Source of the DNA: Sedimentisphaerales bacterium
Lineage (GTDB): Bacteria > Planctomycetota > Phycisphaerae > Sedimentisphaerales > Anaerobacaceae
Direction of reading: 5' to 3'
DNA length: 64,000 nt
Assembly (NCBI GenBank): GCA_963708075.1
Contig: OY970194.1
Span: 5,824,001 to 5,888,000, forward strand
The translations under genes were made by a program, and so were the position numbers. Below are positions 40,155 through 48,956 of this stretch, piece after piece. A model generated the notes under the pieces. The model saw nothing but the letters and a program-made list of their open reading frames with translations, did no database searches and had not been told where the DNA came from. Each line of letters starts with the position of its first letter. The first letter of the stretch is position 1.

Positions 40155-40233
40155 GGGCGCCATGTCTACGCTTGCGTAGACATGCTCCGTTCGATGGGCA
40201 AGACATGCTTACGCAAGCGTAAGCATGGCACCC
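40155..40233. repeat. Palindromic doublet (GGGTGCCATG class)
   Basis: GCCATGTCTACGCTTGCGTAGACATG...CATGCTTACGCAAGCGTAAGCATGGCACCC. Confidence 0.75.
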
Positions 40234-40601
40234 AAGCCCGTCCTGTCTCTTCCTGACCCCAGCCGCAGTGCGGCGCAGCGACAAAGCAATCGCCTTCCCT
40301 GGCATAGCCCGGGGGACTTGCGAAATGTGGTAGTAGAGCCGCGCGGGCTCAACACGATTCTATGCCGATTCGGCCCGGCCCGGGCTCCATGCCGACCGTC
40401 TAACCACACAAGGCCACCCGGGAGACTGGCGGGCGAGAACACCACCGGGCCATGCGCATGGGAGCGCGCGCTCCCTCCGCATCCGTTGTGCCGGCTATCC
40501 GTGCGCTCACGCACACCTGCATTCATTCCTTGGCCATACCTTTGACCAGGCCGGCAGACGGTCGGACCCGCTGATCTCCCACAAAGCGAAAGGGAACGAC
40601 T

Positions 40602-41960
40602 ATGAAAACGAAAAGAGGGTTCACACTGGTCGAGCTGTTGGTCGTGATTGCGATCATCGCTCTGTTGATGGGCATCCTGATGCCCGCACTGTCAAGGGTC
40701 CGGCAGTTGGCCTTCCGGCTGACCTGCGGGACGAATCTGTCCGGCATAGGCAAGGCCATGCTGATCTATGCCAATGACTACGAGGATGAGCTTCCTCGTG
40801 CCGGCGGAAAGGACGCCCAGTGGGGTCCGCTGCCTGCGGGCGGCTGGAAAGCGGCCACCCCCACGGCCGCTTTCGGCCTCGGCGCAAGCCGGTCGGGGGG
40901 CAAGGCCACGATCAGCTCATGCTTCTACCTGCTGGTCAAGTACTCGGAGGTGACGCCCAAGTCATTCCTCTGCAAGGGCGACGCGGGCACCACGGAGTTC
41001 AAGCTGTCCGAGATGACGGGCCTGACGACGAACTTCGAGTTGATCGACGCCTGGGACTTCGGCCCGTCGGAGGAGTCCTTCAAGCATTGCAGTTACGCGT
41101 ACCATGTGCCGTTCGGGATGTACGCGCTGACGACCTCCGGCGAGCCCGGACTGGCCGTGGCGGCCGACCGCAATCCGTGGATCAAGAGTCCCGCGGCCGA
41201 TCCGACACCCTGGGGAAACTTCAAGCCCGATGTGGTGTACCCCGGTGGTACGGCGGGCACCAGCGAGCAGGCCAAGTTCGGCAACACGATTGGCCATCAG
41301 CTTGACGGTCAGAACGTGCTGTTCCTGGACAGCCACGTCGAGTTCGCCAAGAGGGCGTACTGCTCGATTGAGGACGACAACATCTACACGAAATCCATCG
41401 ACCCGGCGGGCGCGGCGGGCAAGGGGCATATCTACGGGACCAACGTTGGGGTCGGAGTCTCGGGCTTGGAACCGCTGAATCGCAAGGACTCCGTCCTGGT
41501 TCATGACCCGGACCAGTGGGGCCCCAAGGGTCGGTTCTGCTTCGCCGCAGGAACACCGGTTTGGATAGGCGGCCGGCTGGTGCCGATCTCGAAGGCATCG
41601 GTCGGCGACAGGGTTGCTGCGCATCGCGATCGCGGCATGGTTGTGCCGGCCGGGGCCTTCAACGTTGAGGCGGTTGAGGCCCATGAGGGCGTGTTCTCCG
41701 ATTCTCGGTACGTGGTTCTGGAGACCGGAGAGGTCATCCACGTAATCGGGTCGCACCGGTTTCTGCTCGACGCCGGGTCCTGGGTGGCGGTGCAAAGGCT
41801 GGAGCCCGGCTCGGCCCTGCGTACGATGGATGGATCGATCCGCGTGGCTGCAGTGATCGAGTTGACCGAGCTTTACATTGGGACTGTGTACAACCTGAAG
41901 ATCGAAAATGCGGACGAGTATCTCGTGGGCCAGGCCGGTGTCGTCGTGCGCGACTATTGA
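40602..41960 (+). CDS. Prepilin-type protein copy 2 fused to a C-terminal Hint (intein-like) domain
   Basis: RG|FTLVELL N-terminus; from residue 313 CFAAGTPV...GSHRF...WV....L.PG...VYNLKIENADEYLVG.AGVVVRDY*. Confidence 0.88.
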   Translation: MKTKRGFTLVELLVVIAIIALLMGILMPALSRVRQLAFRLTCGTNLSGIGKAMLIYANDYEDELPRAGGKDAQWGPLPAGGWKAATPTAAFGLGASRSGGKATISSCFYLLVKYSEVTPKSFLCKGDAGTTEFKLSEMTGLTTNFELIDAWDFGPSEESFKHCSYAYHVPFGMYALTTSGEPGLAVAADRNPWIKSPAADPTPWGNFKPDVVYPGGTAGTSEQAKFGNTIGHQLDGQNVLFLDSHVEFAKRAYCSIEDDNIYTKSIDPAGAAGKGHIYGTNVGVGVSGLEPLNRKDSVLVHDPDQWGPKGRFCFAAGTPVWIGGRLVPISKASVGDRVAAHRDRGMVVPAGAFNVEAVEAHEGVFSDSRYVVLETGEVIHVIGSHRFLLDAGSWVAVQRLEPGSALRTMDGSIRVAAVIELTELYIGTVYNLKIENADEYLVGQAGVVVRDY

Positions 41961-42305
41961 CCCCGGGTGCGCTCATGCGGACGGAAATGGGATTTGTCGA
42001 CTGATGGGCTTAAGAAAGACCTTTTCTTTTCATGGTGCAGGCGGTCCCGGCCGGTACAGGTCGGGGCCGCTCTGTGCCCTGCAGTGTGCTCTTTGAGAAG
42101 TATCAGTGAGTGAGACATAGGAACTTGTGAGACCGGCGTGTGACACCTCGGCGGAGTCCTCGGGCGGGGCAGCGTTTGCCCTGCGGACCTGCCGTCCCGG
42201 CCTGGCGCGTCCCCGCGCCGTGCAGCATTCATCGAAATACCATTCTCCTACGCCGGGAGAGGGCGGCGGATCGCCGGTTCTCACACAAACTGAAAGGATA
42301 GAGAT

Positions 42306-43253
42306 ATGAAAGCGAAAAAAGGTTTCACACTCGTTGAGCTGTTGGTGGTGATTGCCATCATCGCTCTGCTGATGGGCATTCTGATGCCGGCATTGGCGCG
42401 TGTGCGTCAGTTGGCATTTCGAATGGTCTGCGGCACAAACCTGTCGGGCATCGGCAAGGCCATGCTGATCTACGCCAATGACTATGAGGATGAGCTTCCT
42501 CGAGCCGGCGGCCGCAACGGTACCTGGGGTGCCACGCCGATGTGGAATGGGCAGACACGCAATCAGGCGTTCACCATTCCGGCCACTGGCGAAGGCGGCA
42601 TAGCTTCGATCAGCTCGTGCTTCTACCTGCTGGTCAAGTACTCGGAAGTGACGCCGAAGTCGTTTATCTGCAAGGGCGATGCCGGCACGAGCGAGTTCAA
42701 GCTGTCCGAGCAGGCGGGCCTGACGACGAACTTTGAGTTGATCGATGCCTGGGACTTCGGCCCGCCGGCGGAGGCATTGAAGCATTGCAGCTACACGTAC
42801 CATGTTCCATTCTCGATGTATGCGTTAACGACCTCGAATGAGCCTGGCTTTGCGGTGGCGGCGGATCGCAACCCGTGGATCAGCAGCCCGGCGGGCACGG
42901 CACCGGTGTTTCCCGGCACTCCCCCATTCAGGCCCGATGTGGTGTACCCCGGTGGTACGGCGGGCACCAGCGATGAGGCCAAGAGGGGCAACACCGTTGG
43001 CCATCAGCTTGACGGCCAGAACGTGCTGTTCCTGGACAGCCACGTGGAGTTTGCCAAGAGGTCATACTGCTCGATTGAGGATGACAACATCTACACGAAA
43101 TCCACGGACATGACGACAGGGAAGGGCAGCATCATGGGGGCCTTCCCCGGGGCCGCTTCGGGCCTGGAGCCGACGAACCGCAAGGATTCCCTCCTGGTCC
43201 ATGACCCGGATACCTTCAAGTCGGTCACGCCCGGTGGTCGCACCGGTCGGTGA
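42306..43253 (+). CDS. Prepilin-type N-terminal cleavage/methylation protein, copy 3
   Basis: KG|FTLVELL; near-identical to copy 1. Confidence 0.92.
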   Translation: MKAKKGFTLVELLVVIAIIALLMGILMPALARVRQLAFRMVCGTNLSGIGKAMLIYANDYEDELPRAGGRNGTWGATPMWNGQTRNQAFTIPATGEGGIASISSCFYLLVKYSEVTPKSFICKGDAGTSEFKLSEQAGLTTNFELIDAWDFGPPAEALKHCSYTYHVPFSMYALTTSNEPGFAVAADRNPWISSPAGTAPVFPGTPPFRPDVVYPGGTAGTSDEAKRGNTVGHQLDGQNVLFLDSHVEFAKRSYCSIEDDNIYTKSTDMTTGKGSIMGAFPGAASGLEPTNRKDSLLVHDPDTFKSVTPGGRTGR

Positions 43254-43279
43254 CGCCACGGTCTATCCCTGTGACATGG

Positions 43280-43321
43280 AAAGGCGGCCCCGCGAGGCGG
43301 AGCGCGGGGCTGCCGTTTTTT
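43280..43321 (+). terminator. Intrinsic terminator after prepilin copy 3
   Basis: GGCGGCCCCGCG...CGCGGGGCTGCC followed by G and TTTTTT. Confidence 0.75.
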
Positions 43322-43512
43322 CTTGCCCTTCATCCACGGAGCGGCCGCAATGCGCGGACGCCAATCCGCAGCGTGCGCCGCGATGTCGGCCAAAATTGGT
43401 CACACCCCTTGTTCGACGAGCCTGTTTTCGGGTACTATGTCTGCTTCCTGAATTCGTAACGATGAAACAAAACAGCAATGATACAGAGCGTTGAACGAAG
43501 GAGTACGTGATC

Positions 43513-44964
43513 ATGGCACAAGCAGACATAGGCCTCATCGGCCTGGCAGTCATGGGGGAGAATCTCATCCTGAACATGGAGAGTAAAGGGTTTACGGTCG
43601 CCTGTTTCAATCGCACCGTCTCCAAGGTGGACGATTTCATCAATGGCCGTGCCAAGGGCAAGAATATCATCGGCTGTCACTCCGTCGAGGAGTTCGTCGG
43701 CGCCCTGAAGAAGCCGCGAAAGATCATGCTCATGGTCAAGGCGGGAAAGCCTGTGGACGAGTTCATCGACCACCTGCTGCCGCTGCTCGAAAATGGGGAC
43801 ATCATTATCGATGGCGGCAACAGCAACTACCAGGACACAATTCGCCGGACTGCCCTCGTCGAGAGCCAGGGCAAGCTCTATATCGGCACCGGCGTCTCCG
43901 GTGGCGAGGAAGGCGCCCTGACCGGCCCGGCCATCATGCCCGGCGGCTCGCCGGCGGCCTGGGAGCACATCAAACCCATCTTCCAGAAGATCGCCGCCAA
44001 GGCCCCCGACGGCACGCCCTGCTGCGAGTGGATGGGCGAGAACGGGGCCGGCCACTTCGTCAAGATGGTGCACAACGGCATCGAGTACGGCGATATGCAG
44101 ATGATCTGCGAGACTTACCAGATCATGAAGGAAGGTCTCGGCATGAGCAACGAGGAGATGCAGCAGGTCTTTGCTGAGTGGAACAAGAGCGAGCTGGATT
44201 CTTATCTGATCGAGATCACCGCCGACATCCTCGCCGTCAAGGACGAGGAGGGCAATGACGTGATCGACCTGATCCTCGACACGGCCGGTCAGAAGGGCAC
44301 CGGCAAGTGGACGGTCGTCGAAGCCCTCGACCAGGGCCAGCCGCTGACGCTTATCGCGGAAGCTGTTTTCGCCCGCTGCCTGTCCGCCCTCAAGGACGAG
44401 CGAGTCGATGCCTCGAAGGTCCTCCCCGGTCCCAAGGCCACGTTCCGCGGCAAGAAGCAGAACCTCCTCACGGACCTGCGCCAGGCGCTGTACGCCGCGA
44501 AGATCGTCAGCTACGCCCAGGGCTTCATGCTGATGCGGGCGGCGGCCAAAGAACACAAGTGGAACCTGAATTACGGGGCCATCGCCTCGATCTGGCGTGG
44601 CGGCTGCATCATCCGTTCGGTCTTCCTGGGCAAGATCAAGGAGGCGTTCGACCGGAGGGCCGACCTGCCGAACCTGCTGCTGGATCCATTCTTCAAGGCG
44701 GCGGTCCTCAAGGCTCAGGGCGGCTGGCGGCGCGTGATCACCACGGCAGTCAAGCTGGGCATCCCCATGCCCGCGATCGGGTCGGCGCTGTCTTTCTTCG
44801 ATGGCTATCGCCACGAGCGGCTGCCCGCCAACCTGCTCCAGGCGCAGCGTGATTACTTCGGCGCCCACACGTACGAGCGCGTGGACAAGCCGCGAGGCCA
44901 GTTCTTCCATACGAACTGGACCGGCCGGGGTGGCACGACCTCCGCGTCGACGTACACAGTGTGA
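43513..44964 (+). CDS. gnd: 6-phosphogluconate dehydrogenase, NADP-dependent, decarboxylating
   Basis: GLIGLAVMG, NRT, GVSGGEEGA, KMVHNGIEYGDMQ, QKGTGKWT, QAQRDYFGAHTYER. Confidence 0.97.
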   Translation: MAQADIGLIGLAVMGENLILNMESKGFTVACFNRTVSKVDDFINGRAKGKNIIGCHSVEEFVGALKKPRKIMLMVKAGKPVDEFIDHLLPLLENGDIIIDGGNSNYQDTIRRTALVESQGKLYIGTGVSGGEEGALTGPAIMPGGSPAAWEHIKPIFQKIAAKAPDGTPCCEWMGENGAGHFVKMVHNGIEYGDMQMICETYQIMKEGLGMSNEEMQQVFAEWNKSELDSYLIEITADILAVKDEEGNDVIDLILDTAGQKGTGKWTVVEALDQGQPLTLIAEAVFARCLSALKDERVDASKVLPGPKATFRGKKQNLLTDLRQALYAAKIVSYAQGFMLMRAAAKEHKWNLNYGAIASIWRGGCIIRSVFLGKIKEAFDRRADLPNLLLDPFFKAAVLKAQGGWRRVITTAVKLGIPMPAIGSALSFFDGYRHERLPANLLQAQRDYFGAHTYERVDKPRGQFFHTNWTGRGGTTSASTYTV

Positions 44965-45026
44965 GCTGGGGGCCTTCATGGACTTTCGCCCCACTGCAAA
45001 AGGTTGAGAATGGCTTTGGATGATTC

Positions 45027-45101
45027 GTAGGGTGGGTCCTTGACCCACGCGGCTGCACGTTCGAAGCGCGCGGTAACGCGTGGGTTGAGAACCCACCCTA
45101 C
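45027..45101. repeat. GTAG-class REP doublet (REPIN-like)
   Basis: 75 bp, same arms as 6154-6228 in inverted orientation. Confidence 0.85.
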
Positions 45102-45153
45102 ATGCTGTCCCCCTTATCTATGAAACCTTCGAAGGAAGTCAGGAACTGAATTG

Positions 45154-46320
45154 ATGTACGACAGCCGCCGGATGCAGTCTGTGCAGATGCCGATCATTCC
45201 CGTCGTTGGCGAGTTGATCCGCGCCAATCCCGGCACGATCTCTCTCGGCCAGGGCGTCGCCTGGTATGGGCCGCCGCCGGAAGCGGCCGAGTACATCCAG
45301 AAGTTCCTCGCCGATCCGCAGAACCACAAGTACAAGCTCGTGCAGGGCATCCCGGAGTTGTTGGAGGCCATCCAGCGAAAGCTTGCCGGCGAGAACGGCA
45401 TCCAGCTCGGCAGCGATCAGCGGATCGTCGTGACTGCGGGAGCCAACATGGGTTTCGTCAACGCGGTCCTGGCGATCACCGATCCCGGCGACGAGATCAT
45501 TCTCAACCTGCCGTACTACTTCAATCATGAGATGGCGATCGCGATGGCCGACTGCAAAGCAGTTTGCGTGCCGACCGACGAGAGCTATCGGTTGCAGCCG
45601 GACCTCATCGAGCGCGCCGTTACCCGCTGCACGCGGGCGGTGGTCACAATCTCCCCGAACAATCCCACCGGCGGCGTGTACTCCGAGGAATCGCTCAGGC
45701 AGGTCAACGAGATCTGCCGAGAGCACGGCCTGTATCATATTTCCGACGAAGCCTATGAGTATTTTACTTACGACGGCGCCAGACACTTCTCGCCCGGTGC
45801 CATCGAGGGCAGCTCACAACACACGATCTCGCTGTTCTCGCTGTCAAAGGCCTATGGCTTTGCGAGCTGGCGAATCGGCTGGATGGTCATCCCCGAGCGG
45901 CTGTTCATGCCCGTTCGCAAAATCCAGGACACCGTCCTGATCTGCCCGCCGGTGATCTCCCAGTGGGCCGCTGTCGGCGCCATGCAGGCAGGAAGGGCCT
46001 ACTGCGAGACGAAGCTGCGCGTCACCCGCGAGGTTCGCCGGCTTGTGCTCCAGAGGTTGCACGAGATCAGCGATCTTGTCGCCATTCCCCGGGCCGAGGG
46101 TGCGTTCTATCTCCTGCTGTGCATTCGCACCGACATGGACCCCATGCATCTTACACAACGGCTGATCGAGGAGCACAAGGTCGCCGTGATCCCCGGCACG
46201 ACGTTCGGTGTCCGGGACCAATGCCTCCTGCGCGTCGGGTATGGCGCCCTGGAGGAGGAGACCGCGTGCGAAGGCGCCGGCCGGCTAGTACGGGGTCTGC
46301 GGCAGATCCTGACGTCCTGA
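45154..46320 (+). CDS. PLP-dependent aminotransferase class I/II
   Basis: SLGQG, SPNNPTG, SDEAY, SLSKAYGFASWRIG. Confidence 0.92.
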   Translation: MYDSRRMQSVQMPIIPVVGELIRANPGTISLGQGVAWYGPPPEAAEYIQKFLADPQNHKYKLVQGIPELLEAIQRKLAGENGIQLGSDQRIVVTAGANMGFVNAVLAITDPGDEIILNLPYYFNHEMAIAMADCKAVCVPTDESYRLQPDLIERAVTRCTRAVVTISPNNPTGGVYSEESLRQVNEICREHGLYHISDEAYEYFTYDGARHFSPGAIEGSSQHTISLFSLSKAYGFASWRIGWMVIPERLFMPVRKIQDTVLICPPVISQWAAVGAMQAGRAYCETKLRVTREVRRLVLQRLHEISDLVAIPRAEGAFYLLLCIRTDMDPMHLTQRLIEEHKVAVIPGTTFGVRDQCLLRVGYGALEEETACEGAGRLVRGLRQILTS

Positions 46321-46540
46321 GTGCTGTCTTCGGTCCTGGGCGGCCCACGGCCGTGATGTACAGGACACGGGCAAAGCCCCTCCCGGCGAAAACAAGCATG
46401 TTACTCCCGCGCTTTTACGCCTTTTCCTTATATTCCCTTCGAATGATATCGCCTTATCCTTGAAAGGAAGTCCCAGGGTCGCTTGCTCGGACGGCCCATG
46501 GATTCCGGGGTAGTGTCGGCTACTGCTGAGGAGATATGGC

Positions 46541-46678
46541 ATGAATCGTATGGTGAGAGTGATCATGTGGTGTGTGCTGGCGCTACTGTCCATCTCCATG
46601 GTCGGCTGCAACACCATGAGAGGGGCGGGTGAAGACGTAGAGAATCTCGGTGAAGGTATGCAGGACGTGGCCAGTTGA
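46541..46678 (+). CDS. Entericidin A/B family lipoprotein (45 aa; absent from ORF track)
   Basis: MNRMVRVIMWCVLALLSISMVG-CNTMRGAGEDVENLGEGMQDVAS; lipobox plus CNT.RG.G.D signature; GAGGAG RBS. Confidence 0.88.
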   Translation: MNRMVRVIMWCVLALLSISMVGCNTMRGAGEDVENLGEGMQDVAS

Positions 46679-46940
46679 GTTGATGCGAATCCGGAGGAGA
46701 TGTCCTGTACGCGTGTGATGGTGCAGGCATGTTTCCACGGGATGATCGCCGGGGTCTGAAGACGCCGGTCCCCTGCCACGTGAGCCGCACGGAGGGCAGG
46801 CGCCGGGACAATGCCCGGTGCTATGGCGAAACCATTCAACGCGATGTCGGGGCCGGTTACGCGTCCCGACACCACGGAAGATATTGTAGCGAGGATGAAT
46901 TCAACGGCTTGTGAGCCACGAGTTTAAGGGAGGTAATCCA

Positions 46941-47464
46941 ATGAATAGGAAGATACTATTGATGTTGGTGGCGGCGGTATTGACCATAGGCATGCTCGGT
47001 TGTCGGCGTGAGAGCCCCACGGCCAGAGAGGGCACGCGGCGGGGAACGGCCAAGACGCCGGGCGCGACCCCTGAGGCGCCTAGTGAAGTAGGCAAAGCGC
47101 CGGGTACAGCTCCTGGGACCACCGCTCCGGGCGCTGGAGCAGCGGGACAGGCCGTCGCTCAGCAAAAACAGGAGTTCATCTCCAACGCTGAGAAGATGCT
47201 CAGTAATCTTGAGCAGCAGGCGCAGGCCGCGCGGCGCAGGTGCCGGAGCAGGATCGTGAAAAAGTGCAACAGCTCCAGCAGCAGCTCCAGCAGCAGATTG
47301 CAGACGCCAGACAGAATGTCAATAAGCTCCGGGATGCTCCTGCAGATACCTGGCGTGATATGACCGTTGCGGTCAACAGCTCCATTCAGAACGCCCAAGG
47401 CACCTTCAAGGAGCTTCAGTCGATCACCCAGGGGCAGAGACAGGTCACGCGGCAGCAGCCGTGA
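46941..47464 (+). pseudogene. Frameshifted coiled-coil lipoprotein
   Basis: Lipobox MLG-C, GGAGG RBS; Gln-rich helix switches frame near 47228-47240 and continues VPEQDREKVQQLQQQ. Confidence 0.65.
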
Positions 47465-47551
47465 CAATGATTCTGCTGATCTCGTACGGCACGTATCGGC
47501 TGCTCGTCGGGTCCTCTCACCACGCGTGATGACCCGACGGCAGCCGCTCTC

Positions 47552-48592
47552 TTACCTGGTCAACCCTGTCCTGGTTTGATCGGCCGGCTCGGCTTCGTTC
47601 TCGGCGTCGAAGCGGCTTCGCAACAGTTGCTGGACCGCCTGGATATCCGCGAGGACCTCCGCCGCGGAGCGTCCCTGGGTCATCGCGATCTCATCCGGAT
47701 CCCAGCCATCCAGCAGATGAAGCGTGAACGCACGGCGCTGCACGGGAGGCAACGCGCTCAACTGCCTCAAGACCCATTGCATCTGGTCCTGGAGATCCAG
47801 CTCCCGCCAGGGCTCGTCCGCGGCGAGGTTCGGCAGAACGTCATTCAGTCTCACGTCCGGCGGCTCTTCCCACAGGGACTCAATGTCCGTGATCTCGGCG
47901 GCTTCCGCTTCAGGAGGCGAATCGGTTTCCTCCATCTCGCTGTCGATCGAAACCGCCGGCCTGTCCGAGACCTGCTCGTCGAGCACCTCATGGAGGAGTC
48001 TTGTCAGCCAGACCTCCATCGGCTCCGTAGGATCTCTCGCATCCAACTGCATCCACGCCCGCAGGATGACTTCGTCCCGCACGTCCTCCACAGTGATCTG
48101 ACGCCGTTGGATTCGTCCCTGCATCTGCGCCACGATCAATTCGTGATGGGCGTGACGGCTCAGCCGGTCCATCGCGGGACGCAGCATCTCGAAGAAAGTC
48201 TCCCTGTCGGGTTTACCGAGATTCGATTCCAGCAGCACCGCCGCGTGTCTGAACGTCTCTCGCCTGTGATGCTTCCTGCGGTAGGAATCATCGTGGCGGA
48301 TGTATTTCCTGTGCCTGCGGAGCTCCATCGTGAGTTTGTCGACCACGGCGTCGATGGCGTCGTTGTCCATCTGGGAGGAGCTCTCCGCGACGAGGGTGCC
48401 CGTGGGAAGCAGCAGCACGGCCCGCACGTGAAACCTGTCGTGGTTGTGTTTGATCGTGAGGCGCAACTCTCGTTGATCCTCGGGGAAATGCTGGAGCAAT
48501 CTCTCAATGCGTGTCAGTTTCTGCGACCAATATGAACGTATCGTACCTTTTTGCCAGGGTGAGCAATTCTGGAAAACCATGTGCTCCGACAT
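47552..48592 (-). CDS. HPF/RaiA-like domain fused to ECF-type sigma-70 regions 2 and 4
   Basis: N-term KLTRIERLL..FHVRAVLLLPTGTLVAE..AIDAVVDKL..ELRRH; middle VEDVRDEVILRAW..EVWL; C-term LSALPPVQRRAFTLHLLDGWDPDEIA; CAGGAG RBS. Confidence 0.72.
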   Translation of the reverse strand: MSEHMVFQNCSPWQKGTIRSYWSQKLTRIERLLQHFPEDQRELRLTIKHNHDRFHVRAVLLLPTGTLVAESSSQMDNDAIDAVVDKLTMELRRHRKYIRHDDSYRRKHHRRETFRHAAVLLESNLGKPDRETFFEMLRPAMDRLSRHAHHELIVAQMQGRIQRRQITVEDVRDEVILRAWMQLDARDPTEPMEVWLTRLLHEVLDEQVSDRPAVSIDSEMEETDSPPEAEAAEITDIESLWEEPPDVRLNDVLPNLAADEPWRELDLQDQMQWVLRQLSALPPVQRRAFTLHLLDGWDPDEIAMTQGRSAAEVLADIQAVQQLLRSRFDAENEAEPADQTRTGLTR

Positions 48593-48789
48593 GTCAGTTA
48601 CTCCTGTCTCTCCGCTGCCATACATTCATAAGCTCGATGCTGAAGAGCACGAGCCAAAACCTTATGACGCTCCGTATAATCCTACGGCAGTTGTTAGCCA
48701 CAGTTCGCAGAAGAGAATAGGAGATCAGCCTAATGGCAGGGGGCAGAAGGATGGCAAACACGGGGTCATTCGACGGCACTGGCCTGTAT

Positions 48790-48866
48790 ATCATTGCGAG
48801 CGAAGCGAAGCAATCTTCCATGCTGAGAACTGAGATTGCTTCATCGCTGCGCTCCTCACCATGACA
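48790..48866. repeat. TGTCAT-class palindromic repeat
   Basis: TCATTGCGAGCGAAGCGAAGCAATCT...AGATTGCTTCATCGCTGCGCTCCTCACCATGACA. Confidence 0.75.
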
Positions 48867-48956
48867 TACAGGGGATCTGCCGGGCGACTTCCCGTTTGCC
48901 CTGACGACAGAGGAGTTGAGATAGGGAACGCAGGTATAGATGTGAAGTGCTGCGTC

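Noticed and set aside
41538..41960. Canonical splicing intein
   Set aside because: No terminal His-Asn, no Cys/Ser/Thr at +1, and no C-extein or endonuclease domain
38663..43253. Diversity-generating retroelement or invertase shufflon as the cause of pilin variation
   Set aside because: No reverse transcriptase or recombinase in the window, differences are not adenine-specific, and all copies are co-oriented full genes
48594..48821. 75-aa hydrophobic ORF upstream of the RaiA-sigma gene
   Set aside because: Start lies inside a palindromic repeat; no family signature recognised
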